DNA of 61,916 bases from a virus (taxonomy: Duplodnaviria; Caudoviricetes): IMG/VR virus record IMGVR_UViG_3300032242_001185, positions 1 to 61,916 of that record; one strand, 5' to 3'. Position numbers and translations under genes: made by a program. The notes beneath the pieces were generated by a model, which saw only the letters and a program-made list of their open reading frames with translations, was not told the origin of the DNA and did no database searches. Of the stretch, positions 44,000-53,661 are shown in pieces (position 1 is the first letter of the stretch; every line of letters starts with the position of its first letter).

Positions 44000-45858
44000 T
44001 TGTTACCCTTATCGTTAGCATTTGTGGTTGTTGCTCTGGTAGTAATTTCATTCAAATTTTTGTTGTATTCTGGCAAACGGTTACAAGTTATTTGCAAGTT
44101 AGTAAATACTGGAATCATGTCTTTAGTAAAAATTGTGTGAGTAATGTCAAAAGAATCAATTGTTACAAGATAACGCATGTCTTTACCAAGGTGAAGTTCC
44201 ACAGGGTATGCGCCTAAATAACCAATGTCGGAAGTTAAAGAACCGCCACGAAGTTGACTTGGAAGTTGATACCCAATAAGAGTTCTTAATAAGTATTCAA
44301 TGTCATACATTGTGCCTTTTTGTTGAATTGCTTTAACTTCATCCAAAACTCCAGGAATGTCAATTTCAGATTGTTTAGTGCTAATTTCAGGGTGATTAGC
44401 CCCGTGAGAATAAATGTCTTTCCAAAACATTCTTCCATTAATAACATCATCAACAAATCTCATGTCGTTCATACGGTTCAACAAAAGAGTAAAACTAACG
44501 GTGCTACTTGTAACCCCTGACCCAATCAAAGCAACTTTATCCGCACCAGACATTTCCAAACCAATGTCAACTTGTGGGGCACCAGCATAATGCATGCTAA
44601 TAGTTGAAGGGTTATACAAAAATTGAAAGCCATAACGGCGTTTATTTATACTTTTTAATCCACCTTTAAACCCAATTTTAGGGTCTTTATCGTTTGGGTT
44701 CCAAAACTTGCTTTGCCCATCAAAATTTCCTGGAACAACATAACTTTGAATCATGCCTTTATGACCGCCAGCATAAATTCCGTTATAACGTTCAATGTGT
44801 TTCTTTTTGTTTATGGTAACTTGAGAACCATTCCACAAGCCCGCACCAGCGTGAACTAATGTTGGGGCGTCAGCACTAGCGTTAATTCTATCGGAAACAA
44901 TAAACTCACTAGCAAAATCTCCAGCCCTAAAATAAGCAATTTTTGGTCCAGGCAAATTATAAATAACTGGTTTTGTGTCATCACCAACACCTTGAGAACC
45001 TAAAGAACTTGTAACTGAAGGTGTGCTTGTAGTTTTATTTTTATTAATTGTATAAATTGGTTTTGAAGAACCAAGATTAGCGGCTTCTTGATTAATTGCT
45101 TTTTTAAGAAGAGTAATTTTGTTACCTAAATTGGCTCTATAAACTTTGCAAATTTTAAAATAAATGTACAACTGATTTGCCCAATAAACTTCATCTGCGT
45201 TGTAGTAATTAGCATCAGTAGAGTTAAAACTTACAGGTGCTGTAACAGTTTCCGTATTTGGCGCTAAAACTCCGTTTGAAGTTGGCATGTTTTGGTAAGT
45301 TAATTTAGTTTTAGAATCAATAGCCTTAAGATAATTATTCCAAGTTTCACTAGTTACATCTTTTCTTGAAAAACCTGTTTTTACTGACCAAATAGTTCCA
45401 GTAACGTTGACTGAAGAAAAATTGTTTCTTGTTTGGTTAATTGCAAGAGTGTCTCGTAAATCACCACTTGTATAAGTAATTGGGTTAGAAAAAACACCAT
45501 TTAAATAAACACCAGTTTTTTGGTCACTAAGACCATCAACCCAATGATTTTTATTTAAATTAGCATTAACAAAAGCAAGATAAGGAATTTTTGGATAATC
45601 TTTATCCGTTGGCTTTAATCCAGGAATTGGAGCATACCCTGTAGGTGTTCCCGCAGTTGTGTAATAAGTAACAACATTGCTTTGACATTTAATTACAACA
45701 ATAGGTGAAGCAGTTAATAGCCTCATTTGAGTTGAGTACGCTAATTTTGCAGCGCCTTCACTTATTTTTGCATTAGCGTATTGGCGTTCTGTGCGAGTTA
45801 ATTGGTCAGTTAGTTTATTTATGTCGCCAGTTGGTAAAGTCGTAGTTTTAGTAGTCAT
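43996..45858 (-). CDS. Tail tube initiator-like protein with long N-terminal extension
   Basis: C-terminal GFQFLYNPSTI...F.L...R...H..F...MIP; follows the tape measure gene. Confidence 0.6.
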   Translation of the reverse strand: MTTKTTTLPTGDINKLTDQLTRTERQYANAKISEGAAKLAYSTQMRLLTASPIVVIKCQSNVVTYYTTAGTPTGYAPIPGLKPTDKDYPKIPYLAFVNANLNKNHWVDGLSDQKTGVYLNGVFSNPITYTSGDLRDTLAINQTRNNFSSVNVTGTIWSVKTGFSRKDVTSETWNNYLKAIDSKTKLTYQNMPTSNGVLAPNTETVTAPVSFNSTDANYYNADEVYWANQLYIYFKICKVYRANLGNKITLLKKAINQEAANLGSSKPIYTINKNKTTSTPSVTSSLGSQGVGDDTKPVIYNLPGPKIAYFRAGDFASEFIVSDRINASADAPTLVHAGAGLWNGSQVTINKKKHIERYNGIYAGGHKGMIQSYVVPGNFDGQSKFWNPNDKDPKIGFKGGLKSINKRRYGFQFLYNPSTISMHYAGAPQVDIGLEMSGADKVALIGSGVTSSTVSFTLLLNRMNDMRFVDDVINGRMFWKDIYSHGANHPEISTKQSEIDIPGVLDEVKAIQQKGTMYDIEYLLRTLIGYQLPSQLRGGSLTSDIGYLGAYPVELHLGKDMRYLVTIDSFDITHTIFTKDMIPVFTNLQITCNRLPEYNKNLNEITTRATTTNANDKGNN

Positions 45859-48242
45859 TACATGCTTCCCATGTTTGCGGTCAAACGGTCATCGTCAATG
45901 TATTGTTTAATCATGTTGGCAAAACGTTTTGCTTCAGCCTCAGAGGCTTGAGCAACAGAAACGTTAATGACCACATTGTTATTTGACGCAGGTGTTCCAC
46001 CACCACTAGGGCTACCAACAGACGCTCCACCTGTGGTTGTGCTGCTGGCACCGTGACCAATCATGCCTCCACCAGATTTACTTGACTGAGTAGATGCGGA
46101 AATTCCAGAACCTGAACCTGACCATGATGGCGGGATGCTAATACCTGCGGCACTCATTGCACCAGAACTAAACCCTGTGGTGTCACCTGAACCACCCAAT
46201 GAACCGCTAGAACTTGCTGACCCAGAACTGCTGCTTGCGTCTGTGTATGTTCCACTAGCGGCAGCATAGTTTGCACCCAAAGCACTTGAAGGGTCAATTG
46301 GGTTTCCGTCTTTGCGTAGTTCAAAGTGAAGGTGAGGACCGCTTGAATAACCTGTGTTACCGCTTTTAGCAATAACTTGACTAGAACTAACCGTGTCACC
46401 AATGCTTACTCCGTAAGAAGACAAGTGACCATAAACAGTGCTGTAACCATTGGCGTGTTTAATTTCTAGTTGGATACCTAAAGAAAAATCGTTAGTACCC
46501 ATAGTGTTTGCAGACGACCCACCAGCATACACAACAGTTCCATCAGCGGCTGCTTGCACGCTAGTTCCTTCGGCTACACCAAAGTCAACACCATGGTGAC
46601 CTGAACTGTGCAAACTGTCTTTTTGTCCATAACGACAAGTAACTTTTGCACGACCAACAGGGTGAATAAGTTTGATTCCGCCAGTGGTGTCAGTCATTGG
46701 GCTCATGCCGTTTTTTGAATTGTCACCACCAGAAAACATTCCGTAAAGACCGCCAGCAAGTCCACCAATAATTGCACCAGCAGCAGTACCTTCAGGTCCA
46801 AGGAATGAACCAAGCATGGCTCCATTAGTTCCCCAACTGATTGCGCTACCAAGTTTGCTTTGAAAACTTCCTTGTTTTGAACCTGAAGAAATGGCTTCAC
46901 CAGCCAAGTTTCCTACAGCAGCCAAACCAACTTTTTTACCAAGACCCATTCTGGACCTTGGTGCAGCGCCACCTTCAACACCTGCTTTGCGGAGAGTTCG
47001 GCTTAACATGGCGTTCTGTAACATCATGCCGCCAACACCGCCCAAACCTCCACCAATACCTCCAATAGCAGTTAGCGCACCACCAGTGACATTGTCTCCA
47101 GCAAGCATGTTTGCACCACTATTAAGTTGGGCTAATCCACGACCTGGACCTTTAAGAAAAGCGTTCATTACGCCATGGAATTGTTTCAAAACTCCAACAG
47201 CATCTTGCATACCCTTAATGTATGCGTCAGATGCGGCGTTCATTGTTCCCGCTTGTAGGCTGTTAGCGGTAAGTTGTGAAGCGCCAGGGTTTACACCTGC
47301 AGCATGACCAAAGGCTGCCATAGATGCTTTACTAGCAAGGTTCATTCCTGCTTTAGTTTTAGAGTCACTAGCATTAGCCAAAAGAGTTTGGTAAACCATG
47401 TCTTGAGTGGTTTGGTCACCAATCTGTGCCAAGTCAACACCAAGTGCACCACCTTGCATGGAAGTCATAAGGTCTTGGGTGCTAAGTTTTTGTCCACCAG
47501 TAATACGGTTGGCTACAGCGCCGTAAATTTCTGAAGGGGACAAACGACGACCCGTACGTGGGTCTGTGGTGTAAATGCCAAAGTTTCTCATCAAGTTTGA
47601 TGACATGCCGCCTTGAGTTAGAGCAGCCATAGATTGTGCGGCTTGACCGTTATCTACGTTTAAGTATTTGGCAGCGTTGGCTACAGATGTTGCAAGGCTA
47701 CCAAACTGTCCAGCGTTAACCCCTCTAACGTTTGGTCCAATACCTGCACGAGCAAAAGCGTTAGCGGTTTGGACATCTCCAATAGCAACACCGCCTTGGG
47801 ATGTAATGCCGCCATTCATGAACCCCATTGTGGCGCTCATCATTTGAGTGCGGTTACTGCCCCCCATAAGACCTGCACCATAGAAGCCCATGCTTCTAGC
47901 AGTAGTGGAAGCAACATCAGGCATTGCAGCAAAACCACCAGCAACCACACCTGTAAGGGCACTAATACCGCCACGCATCATTGCGGCGTTCATGTTCATG
48001 GTGCGGTTCATAGACAACATCGCTGGCATGTTGCCAAACGAGTTACCCATTACATTGTTGCCAGAACTACCTATACCTGTTTGACCAATACCGCCATTGT
48101 TAGAAAGACCCGTGTTTTTAAGACCGCCAGAAAGGGTGGAAGAAAATTTGGTGGCAGTAGTAATCAACTGCTGGAGGATGCGCTCCATTTTAGACAATGA
48201 ATTTGTAGCATTGTCTATGTCTTTATTTAGTTCATCACTCAC
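45858..48242 (-). CDS. Tape measure protein with C-terminal M23 peptidase
   Basis: Gly/Ala/Met-rich body; HHGVD, YGHLS and GPHLHFE M23 motifs. Confidence 0.85.
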   Translation of the reverse strand: MSDELNKDIDNATNSLSKMERILQQLITTATKFSSTLSGGLKNTGLSNNGGIGQTGIGSSGNNVMGNSFGNMPAMLSMNRTMNMNAAMMRGGISALTGVVAGGFAAMPDVASTTARSMGFYGAGLMGGSNRTQMMSATMGFMNGGITSQGGVAIGDVQTANAFARAGIGPNVRGVNAGQFGSLATSVANAAKYLNVDNGQAAQSMAALTQGGMSSNLMRNFGIYTTDPRTGRRLSPSEIYGAVANRITGGQKLSTQDLMTSMQGGALGVDLAQIGDQTTQDMVYQTLLANASDSKTKAGMNLASKASMAAFGHAAGVNPGASQLTANSLQAGTMNAASDAYIKGMQDAVGVLKQFHGVMNAFLKGPGRGLAQLNSGANMLAGDNVTGGALTAIGGIGGGLGGVGGMMLQNAMLSRTLRKAGVEGGAAPRSRMGLGKKVGLAAVGNLAGEAISSGSKQGSFQSKLGSAISWGTNGAMLGSFLGPEGTAAGAIIGGLAGGLYGMFSGGDNSKNGMSPMTDTTGGIKLIHPVGRAKVTCRYGQKDSLHSSGHHGVDFGVAEGTSVQAAADGTVVYAGGSSANTMGTNDFSLGIQLEIKHANGYSTVYGHLSSYGVSIGDTVSSSQVIAKSGNTGYSSGPHLHFELRKDGNPIDPSSALGANYAAASGTYTDASSSSGSASSSGSLGGSGDTTGFSSGAMSAAGISIPPSWSGSGSGISASTQSSKSGGGMIGHGASSTTTGGASVGSPSGGGTPASNNNVVINVSVAQASEAEAKRFANMIKQYIDDDRLTANMGSM

Positions 48243-48372
48243 GAGACTTCACCACCTTACCGTATTCTCTGGCTACTTCTAACCAGTTCTTGCGTTCCCT
48301 ATACGACAACTCTCTGATGTCGGATAAAGTCCACCCTTTAAATAACTGAGTTAATGTCATCCATGTTGCCAT
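48235..48372 (-). CDS. Small tail-assembly chaperone-like ORF (possible frameshift extension of the upstream gene)
   Basis: GWTLSDIRELSYRERKNWL; lies between the chaperone and the tape measure gene; frame is open upstream across the chaperone stop. Confidence 0.65.
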   Translation of the reverse strand: MATWMTLTQLFKGWTLSDIRELSYRERKNWLEVAREYGKVVKSRE

Positions 48373-48394
48373 TAACTCTTCATAACTTGAAAGA

Positions 48395-49204
48395 CTAGAA
48401 CCGAAACAGGGTCCCGAGACTAATCGGAACCTGTACCTCACTTTCACAGTCAGGACAGGTAATAGTCAAGTCATCAAATTGTGGTCCAGGGTTTCGGTCT
48501 GCGATGGCGTCAGCAATGGTTTTGCGGTCAACAATACCCAATGCTTTTACTTGTTCCTTACTGATGACCATTTTGCCATCAATTTCAAGAACAGTTTGTT
48601 CCAACAGAATCGACATAGATTCCGCCAGATTTGCCCCAGGGTTAGCCAGAAGTTTTTTCTGGGTTAGACCTGAAGGTAGTGCAACCAAAAATTCTTTAAT
48701 CCTACCTTTAATCAGAAACTTAGAGTCCCCAACTGGGTCTGGAAGAATTTTGGTTTTAATGTCTTTTACAACATCGACTGCAACGATTTTTTGTTCGTTA
48801 CAACCACCGCAGTAAGCACCAATTTCTGCGGTGTCACCGAATGTTGCACGGTAAATTCCCAACAACAAAGCATCTCGGTCACCGATAAGCATCCTGTCCA
48901 ACATGTCTTCTGTGGCTTTGTAATCACCCAGAGTAACTGTTGCACGGTTGATAATGACCGAGAACACCTTTGAAGTTGAGTCTGCTCTAACAATTGCTTC
49001 TTCATCTCGACCGTTAAGTTCACGAACTTCGGCGGTTTTGATAACTTCACCATTGTGGTACAGCCCTGCGGGTAGATTCACAATGATGTTGCTTGGTGGA
49101 ACGATTTTTGCTGGTTCAACAACTTGCTCTTCGGTTAGTGCTTTTGCTACTAGGTCGTTTGCAAGTGCTGCGTTTGTTGTTGCGTTTACGGTTTGTTCTG
49201 CCAT
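48395..49204 (-). CDS. T4 gp26-like baseplate/tail assembly chaperone
   Basis: VRELNG.DEE, GDRD.LL..I...TFG, CGGC and CPDC, ending LFRF. Confidence 0.75.
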   Translation of the reverse strand: MAEQTVNATTNAALANDLVAKALTEEQVVEPAKIVPPSNIIVNLPAGLYHNGEVIKTAEVRELNGRDEEAIVRADSTSKVFSVIINRATVTLGDYKATEDMLDRMLIGDRDALLLGIYRATFGDTAEIGAYCGGCNEQKIVAVDVVKDIKTKILPDPVGDSKFLIKGRIKEFLVALPSGLTQKKLLANPGANLAESMSILLEQTVLEIDGKMVISKEQVKALGIVDRKTIADAIADRNPGPQFDDLTITCPDCESEVQVPISLGTLFRF

Positions 49205-49228
49205 TTGTTTGCCCTTAGTTAGTTGTTA

Positions 49229-49900
49229 TTAGTATTGCTGCTGCTGTGCGATTGCCCGTGCACTTCCTGCGTCGCTGAGGTCTGAACCCCAAACAACATC
49301 GAAACCTTCGTGAACAAGAGTCATCTGTTCTACGAGGATAGCGTTGTCACCTGCGTTTAGGTCCGAGTAAGCAAGCGAAGTAATCCATGCGTTGTACACG
49401 TTGAAAGTCATCGAAACGTGGTCTGATAGAGCCGTTCCGCTTGCGGTGTCACCAGTAAACGTTGAAGCCAATGGGTGGCTTAGAACGTCAATCTTTAGGT
49501 CGCAACGGAAATTGTCTGCAGCACTACGCTTGATTGTTCCCTGAACGGTTAGGAATAGTTCACGCATCCACTGCCAGTTCTGGTCAGTACCAAGGATTAC
49601 ACCACGCTGTAGAGTGATTGGTGCAAACGAAGTCTGTCCAGGAATCTGGTGAACGGTAGTGTTGTAGCCACCTTCACGGTAAGGGATGCTGTCAGTCGAA
49701 ACTGCCATACCCGATACGGACGTAAACCCAAACGGAACCTTCTGCAAGTTGTCCGCCCAAGGGTCAACAGACTTATTTGGGTTAGCATTAGCAACAGGGT
49801 TAGCGGTGGTGTTACCCTGCGGGATAAACGTCACCAAGAAACGGAAGTTTCTGATTGGGTCAGTCGCAATGTTAGAGCGATTGTTTACAATTGATGCCAT
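49229..49900 (-). CDS. Tail tube protein (T4 gp19-like)
   Basis: DP.RNFRF.V, GF..VSG, YREGG, PG.T....ITL.RG and E.MTLVHEG. Confidence 0.92.
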   Translation of the reverse strand: MASIVNNRSNIATDPIRNFRFLVTFIPQGNTTANPVANANPNKSVDPWADNLQKVPFGFTSVSGMAVSTDSIPYREGGYNTTVHQIPGQTSFAPITLQRGVILGTDQNWQWMRELFLTVQGTIKRSAADNFRCDLKIDVLSHPLASTFTGDTASGTALSDHVSMTFNVYNAWITSLAYSDLNAGDNAILVEQMTLVHEGFDVVWGSDLSDAGSARAIAQQQQY

Positions 49901-49920
49901 GGGTGCATGTCTCCTTTAGA

Positions 49921-51513
49921 CTAGTTTCCAGTAATTTGGCTGAGGTTGATAACGACAAACTCGGCTGGGTACTGAAGTGCCACACCAACCTGAATGTTAA
50001 CAACACCTGTAGCAATAGACGCTGCAGTATTGTTGCTTGAATTTACCTTGATGTAGTAAGCATCAGCAGGACTTGCGCCCTTTAGACCACCCTGTAGACG
50101 GTACTCGTTCAAGAAGAAACCAATACGTCCCTGCAACTGGTCCCAAAGTCTTTGGTCGTTGTTTTGGAACATAGCAAACTGGGTGATGTTTTGAAGTTGC
50201 TTCTTAACGTAAAGGAGCGAACGACGAGTGCTTACGTAACGGTTGGCAGTACCATCCTGTAGGAGAGTACGTGCACCCATTACAACAATTCCTGAACCTG
50301 GCAACTGACGAATAGCATTAACGCTAGTTCCGTAAGTCAAGGTTGAAGTAACGTAATAGACACCAGTGTTTAGTGAATCAAGGTCTGCAGGAGTAAACCC
50401 ACGCTCCAACGAAACAGCACTACGAATGTTAGTGTTTGTTCCTGCTGGAGACTTGTAAGGACCGTCACTCTTGTCTGTTGCAAGGTAAAGACCAGCAATA
50501 GCAGACGCTGGAGCAGTTTTACGAACAGCGGCAGAACTACGGGCTGTAGGGTCTACAGTGTAGTAGTGAGGGAAGTAAGCAGCAGCCTGTGATGATGGGG
50601 TTCGTGCGCTAACATAAGCAATAGCACCCGATGAAGTACCCACAGCAAGACCTGGGGCAGTGTCAATAACAGCAAAACCTGTTCCCGTATTAGCCCAAGC
50701 AATAAGTGCATCGTGCACTGTGGCAAGGCTTGTTGCTGGAGTACCAACAGCATCTGCAACAAACTTAGCGTAAATCTCTGGAGCAAAAATAACCAAAGGA
50801 CGGTCAACCGTGTCAAAGTCTGAAGTGCCATCAGTTGCAACCACTGCAGCGTACTGTGCGGCTGTAGGGGCGGAACCATCCGAACCACTGATTAGCGGAA
50901 GAACAGTAGTAATAGTTTGCACTGCAGGTGTTCCCGTTGTAGACAACGCAAGTACAATGTACTGCGATGTTGCGTTAACAACAGTTTGAGCATAATCAGC
51001 AGAAGTTGCGCTATTAAACACTACGTTAGTGAACTGTTCAACAATAATGTCGTTAGAACCATCAGTACTAGCAGTGCCCAAATAAGCAGTGTTAATTTCC
51101 TGCAACACGGTGATGTTGTAGTAGTTGGTGGTTTTAGTTCCAGTAATCTGAATACGAAGGTTGTTACCATCGGCACCCTTGTTGACTGCAGTTGCAGTAC
51201 CTAGACTACCCGAAGCGTTGTCTGGGATGCTAACAGCAGCGGCTGCAGCACCTGTACCAAGCACACGCTTAACATACAGTTCCGAACCACCATTAACAAA
51301 GAACTGATTTACACCAAAAGTGGCTGGCTTAGTGTTGTCAAAAGAACCAAACTTGCTGGCAAAATCTGACCACGAAGTGACCAAAGTTAGAGTGGTTGGA
51401 CCCTTAGGGAACGCACCAATAGCAGCACCAGCAGCGTAAGCGGAACCCGAAACAGGAACAGGTGCAGGGGTTAGAGTCTCTGAAATGTAGACTCCTGGAC
51501 GGTTATACGTCAT
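49921..51513 (-). CDS. Contractile tail sheath protein
   Basis: RPGVYI.E, KSPAG, VNAIR..PG.G..V.GARTL, RYV..RR and PAEFVVI. Confidence 0.95.
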   Translation of the reverse strand: MTYNRPGVYISETLTPAPVPVSGSAYAAGAAIGAFPKGPTTLTLVTSWSDFASKFGSFDNTKPATFGVNQFFVNGGSELYVKRVLGTGAAAAAVSIPDNASGSLGTATAVNKGADGNNLRIQITGTKTTNYYNITVLQEINTAYLGTASTDGSNDIIVEQFTNVVFNSATSADYAQTVVNATSQYIVLALSTTGTPAVQTITTVLPLISGSDGSAPTAAQYAAVVATDGTSDFDTVDRPLVIFAPEIYAKFVADAVGTPATSLATVHDALIAWANTGTGFAVIDTAPGLAVGTSSGAIAYVSARTPSSQAAAYFPHYYTVDPTARSSAAVRKTAPASAIAGLYLATDKSDGPYKSPAGTNTNIRSAVSLERGFTPADLDSLNTGVYYVTSTLTYGTSVNAIRQLPGSGIVVMGARTLLQDGTANRYVSTRRSLLYVKKQLQNITQFAMFQNNDQRLWDQLQGRIGFFLNEYRLQGGLKGASPADAYYIKVNSSNNTAASIATGVVNIQVGVALQYPAEFVVINLSQITGN

Positions 51514-51549
51514 GTTATCTCCTTAAGATAGTTTTCTGGGGGTTCCGAC

Positions 51550-52158
51550 TTAATAGTTTCTGATAACTGTAGGGTCTGGCAGACTTACAGTTTGTACCGT
51601 GTAGAGTTGGTTGTAGGCTACCTGAGCAACTTCACTAGTTACTCGGACAGTTACAGCGTTGATGAACAAACGTTTTGCTTGCTCAGTCATGTCCCTCTTC
51701 GTAACGTCCAAAACTTCAATACGACGAACAGTGTTGTCGTCCAAAGTTAACTGACCAAAACGAAGTGGAAGTTTAGTGTAAAGCAACTGGCTAATCAGTT
51801 CACGGTCATGCCTAGGGTGGCGGGCATAAGTTGTAACCTGATAGTCAATGTTTACGGGGATTGGGAGTTCAACTTCCCAACCATTAACAGTGTAATCAAT
51901 GTTGGTGGGTCCCAAGTACCCAAACTGTTTTTCATTGCCCGTAATCTTGCCACGCATTTCACGGTCAGAATCACGAGAAACGTTAATCATGTCAATGGTT
52001 ACATACGGGTAAGCCTGTGCACGCAACTCTTGGTCAGGCTGACCGAAGAACACAGCGACCTGACGGGGTACACCTGTACCATCAGATTTCTGGTCATTAA
52101 CGGTCATACCTTGCAGTTGCTTACGGAGAGCACTATCTTCAGACAAAAGGAAAGTCAT
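51550..52158 (-). CDS. Tail completion/terminator-like protein
   Basis: Directly upstream of the sheath; YP..TID...P.P..IDYQV pattern. Confidence 0.6.
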   Translation of the reverse strand: MTFLLSEDSALRKQLQGMTVNDQKSDGTGVPRQVAVFFGQPDQELRAQAYPYVTIDMINVSRDSDREMRGKITGNEKQFGYLGPTNIDYTVNGWEVELPIPVNIDYQVTTYARHPRHDRELISQLLYTKLPLRFGQLTLDDNTVRRIEVLDVTKRDMTEQAKRLFINAVTVRVTSEVAQVAYNQLYTVQTVSLPDPTVIRNY

Positions 52159-52466
52159 TACATCTCCTTATAGTGGTGTTTAATAGAGTGCCACAAAGCA
52201 TCTTTAGCAATCTTGGAGTTGTTGGAGTACTTACGGATAACTGCAGTAGGTCTAACAGTTTCGGTACCATACTCGTGAACCCAAGCACGTTCAGCGTACT
52301 CTGGGTCAACATGGGTTTTAAACGAGCCATTCTCGTGGATAACATGCATGTGGTTAACCACATCGCTGTCCCATCCGTGCTGCATTGCACTATGGCGCAA
52401 TTGTTGCGTCATAAACTGTGCAGTAGTATGTGCCGCTTTTTGCGTTGCCTGAAGTAACTTCTTCAC
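52158..52466 (-). CDS. Putative neck/head-tail protein
   Basis: EYGT...P motif; gene position. Confidence 0.5.
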   Translation of the reverse strand: MKKLLQATQKAAHTTAQFMTQQLRHSAMQHGWDSDVVNHMHVIHENGSFKTHVDPEYAERAWVHEYGTETVRPTAVIRKYSNNSKIAKDALWHSIKHHYKEM

Positions 52467-52645
52467 TTTTTATTGCCCGTACGTTTAGCGACAGTGCCAC
52501 CAACGTAACCAGCAATGATTGAAAGCAAAATAGTTTCGCCCATAGTGTTTGGTTTAGCGCCGCCAACACCACGAATGAATTCTTTTGCTTCACTCGGTGA
52601 CAACTCGCTAACCTTCTCCCACCAGGGTTTCCAGTTTGATGACAT
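52463..52645 (-). CDS. Small membrane protein (MSSNWKPWW..., C-terminal transmembrane helix)
   Basis: SD AAAGGA upstream of the ATG at 52645. Confidence 0.55.
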   Translation of the reverse strand: MSSNWKPWWEKVSELSPSEAKEFIRGVGGAKPNTMGETILLSIIAGYVGGTVAKRTGNKK

Positions 52646-52718
52646 CGCAAAATCCTTTTTCAAGGCGCAGGGCTACATTAGTAGGTAAGGTCCGCACGGA
52701 TTCTTACATCTCTAGGGT

Positions 52719-52745
52719 AAAGAAAAAGGCAGACAATGTCTGCCT
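52719..52745 (-). terminator. Rho-independent terminator ending the basic-protein cluster
   Basis: AGGCAGAC-att-GTCTGCCT followed by TTTTCTTT; a TACCCT -10-like element follows at 52714-52719. Confidence 0.75.
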
Positions 52746-52769
52746 AAATCTTGTTTGTTTGTGTTGAGA

Positions 52770-53063
52770 CTAACGGGTTTTTTTACCGATAGATTTGCCA
52801 AAAGTGCGGCGAGCATTATTGCTTTCTTTAAACCCAGATGAATTTATAGGTCGTTCACCACGAGCAATAAGAGACTGGTTCATTCTTTTACCCGTCTGCT
52901 TTGATTCATTTGAAGATGACAAACCTTCATTTTTTGCGCCACCAATTGCAGATAACTTTTTTGCACCTTTTGTAAGAGCCTTAAGGTTGCCAGTAGAAAT
53001 ACCTTTGGAGATTAACTTACTTGCTTTTTTAGCGGCAGGACGCTTCATGTTTGCACTAGCCAT
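52770..53063 (-). CDS. Lys/Ser-rich basic protein
   Basis: 97-aa ORF. Confidence 0.7.
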   Translation of the reverse strand: MASANMKRPAAKKASKLISKGISTGNLKALTKGAKKLSAIGGAKNEGLSSSNESKQTGKRMNQSLIARGERPINSSGFKESNNARRTFGKSIGKKTR

Positions 53064-53065
53064 GA

Positions 53066-53236
53066 TTACTTCTTTTTGCCCTTACATGAAGCACACTTGC
53101 CACACTTGCCATTAGAACACTTCTTAGCAGAGTTCATCTTAGCGGCAGTAATAACATCGCCACGGGTAATCTTCTTCTTGTCTCCAGACATAGCAGCAAG
53201 TTTCATCTGCTTAGGAGTCATTTTCTTGTCAGCCAT
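53066..53236 (-). CDS. Lys-rich micro-protein with C-terminal Cys cluster (56 aa, MADKKMTPKQ...CGKCASCKGKKK)
   Basis: Translated by hand; packs tightly between its neighbours. Confidence 0.7.
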   Translation of the reverse strand: MADKKMTPKQMKLAAMSGDKKKITRGDVITAAKMNSAKKCSNGKCGKCASCKGKKK

Positions 53237-53238
53237 GA

Positions 53239-53439
53239 TTACTTCTTCTTTCCTGGAACAGTCTTTTTAACCTTAGCGGCTAGAGCCTTGTCCATCTTCA
53301 TGTCAGACTTCTTAGAAGGATTCTTCTTGTCCATCTTCTTGTCGCCCTTTTCAAAGGCAGCCTTCTGTGCAGGGGTCATGCCCTTCATAGTTTTCTTGTC
53401 AGCCTTTTCATCGGCTTTTGAACCACTCCATTTAGCCAT
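53239..53439 (-). CDS. Lys/Asp-rich micro-protein
   Basis: 66-aa ORF; translationally coupled. Confidence 0.7.
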   Translation of the reverse strand: MAKWSGSKADEKADKKTMKGMTPAQKAAFEKGDKKMDKKNPSKKSDMKMDKALAAKVKKTVPGKKK

Positions 53440-53609
53440 TACTTTTTCTTCTTCTTTCCAGCCGCAGCCATCTTTTCCATTTTCTTGACGCCGTACTTCT
53501 TGTCGCCAGCGGCGGCTGCTACGGCTGCTGGGTTTTTAGCCCCAGACTTTTTGGCGTTCTCTTCGATAGCCTTGAAGCGTGAACCGCTTCCAAGTTTTGC
53601 TTTAGCCAT
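53439..53609 (-). CDS. Lys/Ala-rich micro-protein (56 aa, MAKAKLGSGSRF...KKYG)
   Basis: Translated by hand; SD AAGGAG; TAATG overlap. Confidence 0.75.
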   Translation of the reverse strand: MAKAKLGSGSRFKAIEENAKKSGAKNPAAVAAAAGDKKYGVKKMEKMAAAGKKKKK

Positions 53610-53661
53610 TAGTTGGCTCCTTTGGATTGTCTTTACCGCAAGTGCAGTTTCCGTTACACAT
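53602..53661 (-). CDS. 19-aa Cys peptide MCNGNCTCGKDNPKEPTNG
   Basis: TAATG start with SD GGAGG; bridges the gap; very short. Confidence 0.35.
   Translation of the reverse strand: MCNGNCTCGKDNPKEPTNG

Noticed and set aside
51559-51567. Further TCTGATAAC copy near the sheath gene
   Set aside because: Isolated 9-mer within coding sequence, far from the cluster; compatible with chance.
39413-52158. Bacterial extracellular contractile injection system or tailocin
   Set aside because: The tail genes are contiguous with a full phage replisome and phage-type gene packing, with no cellular housekeeping context.
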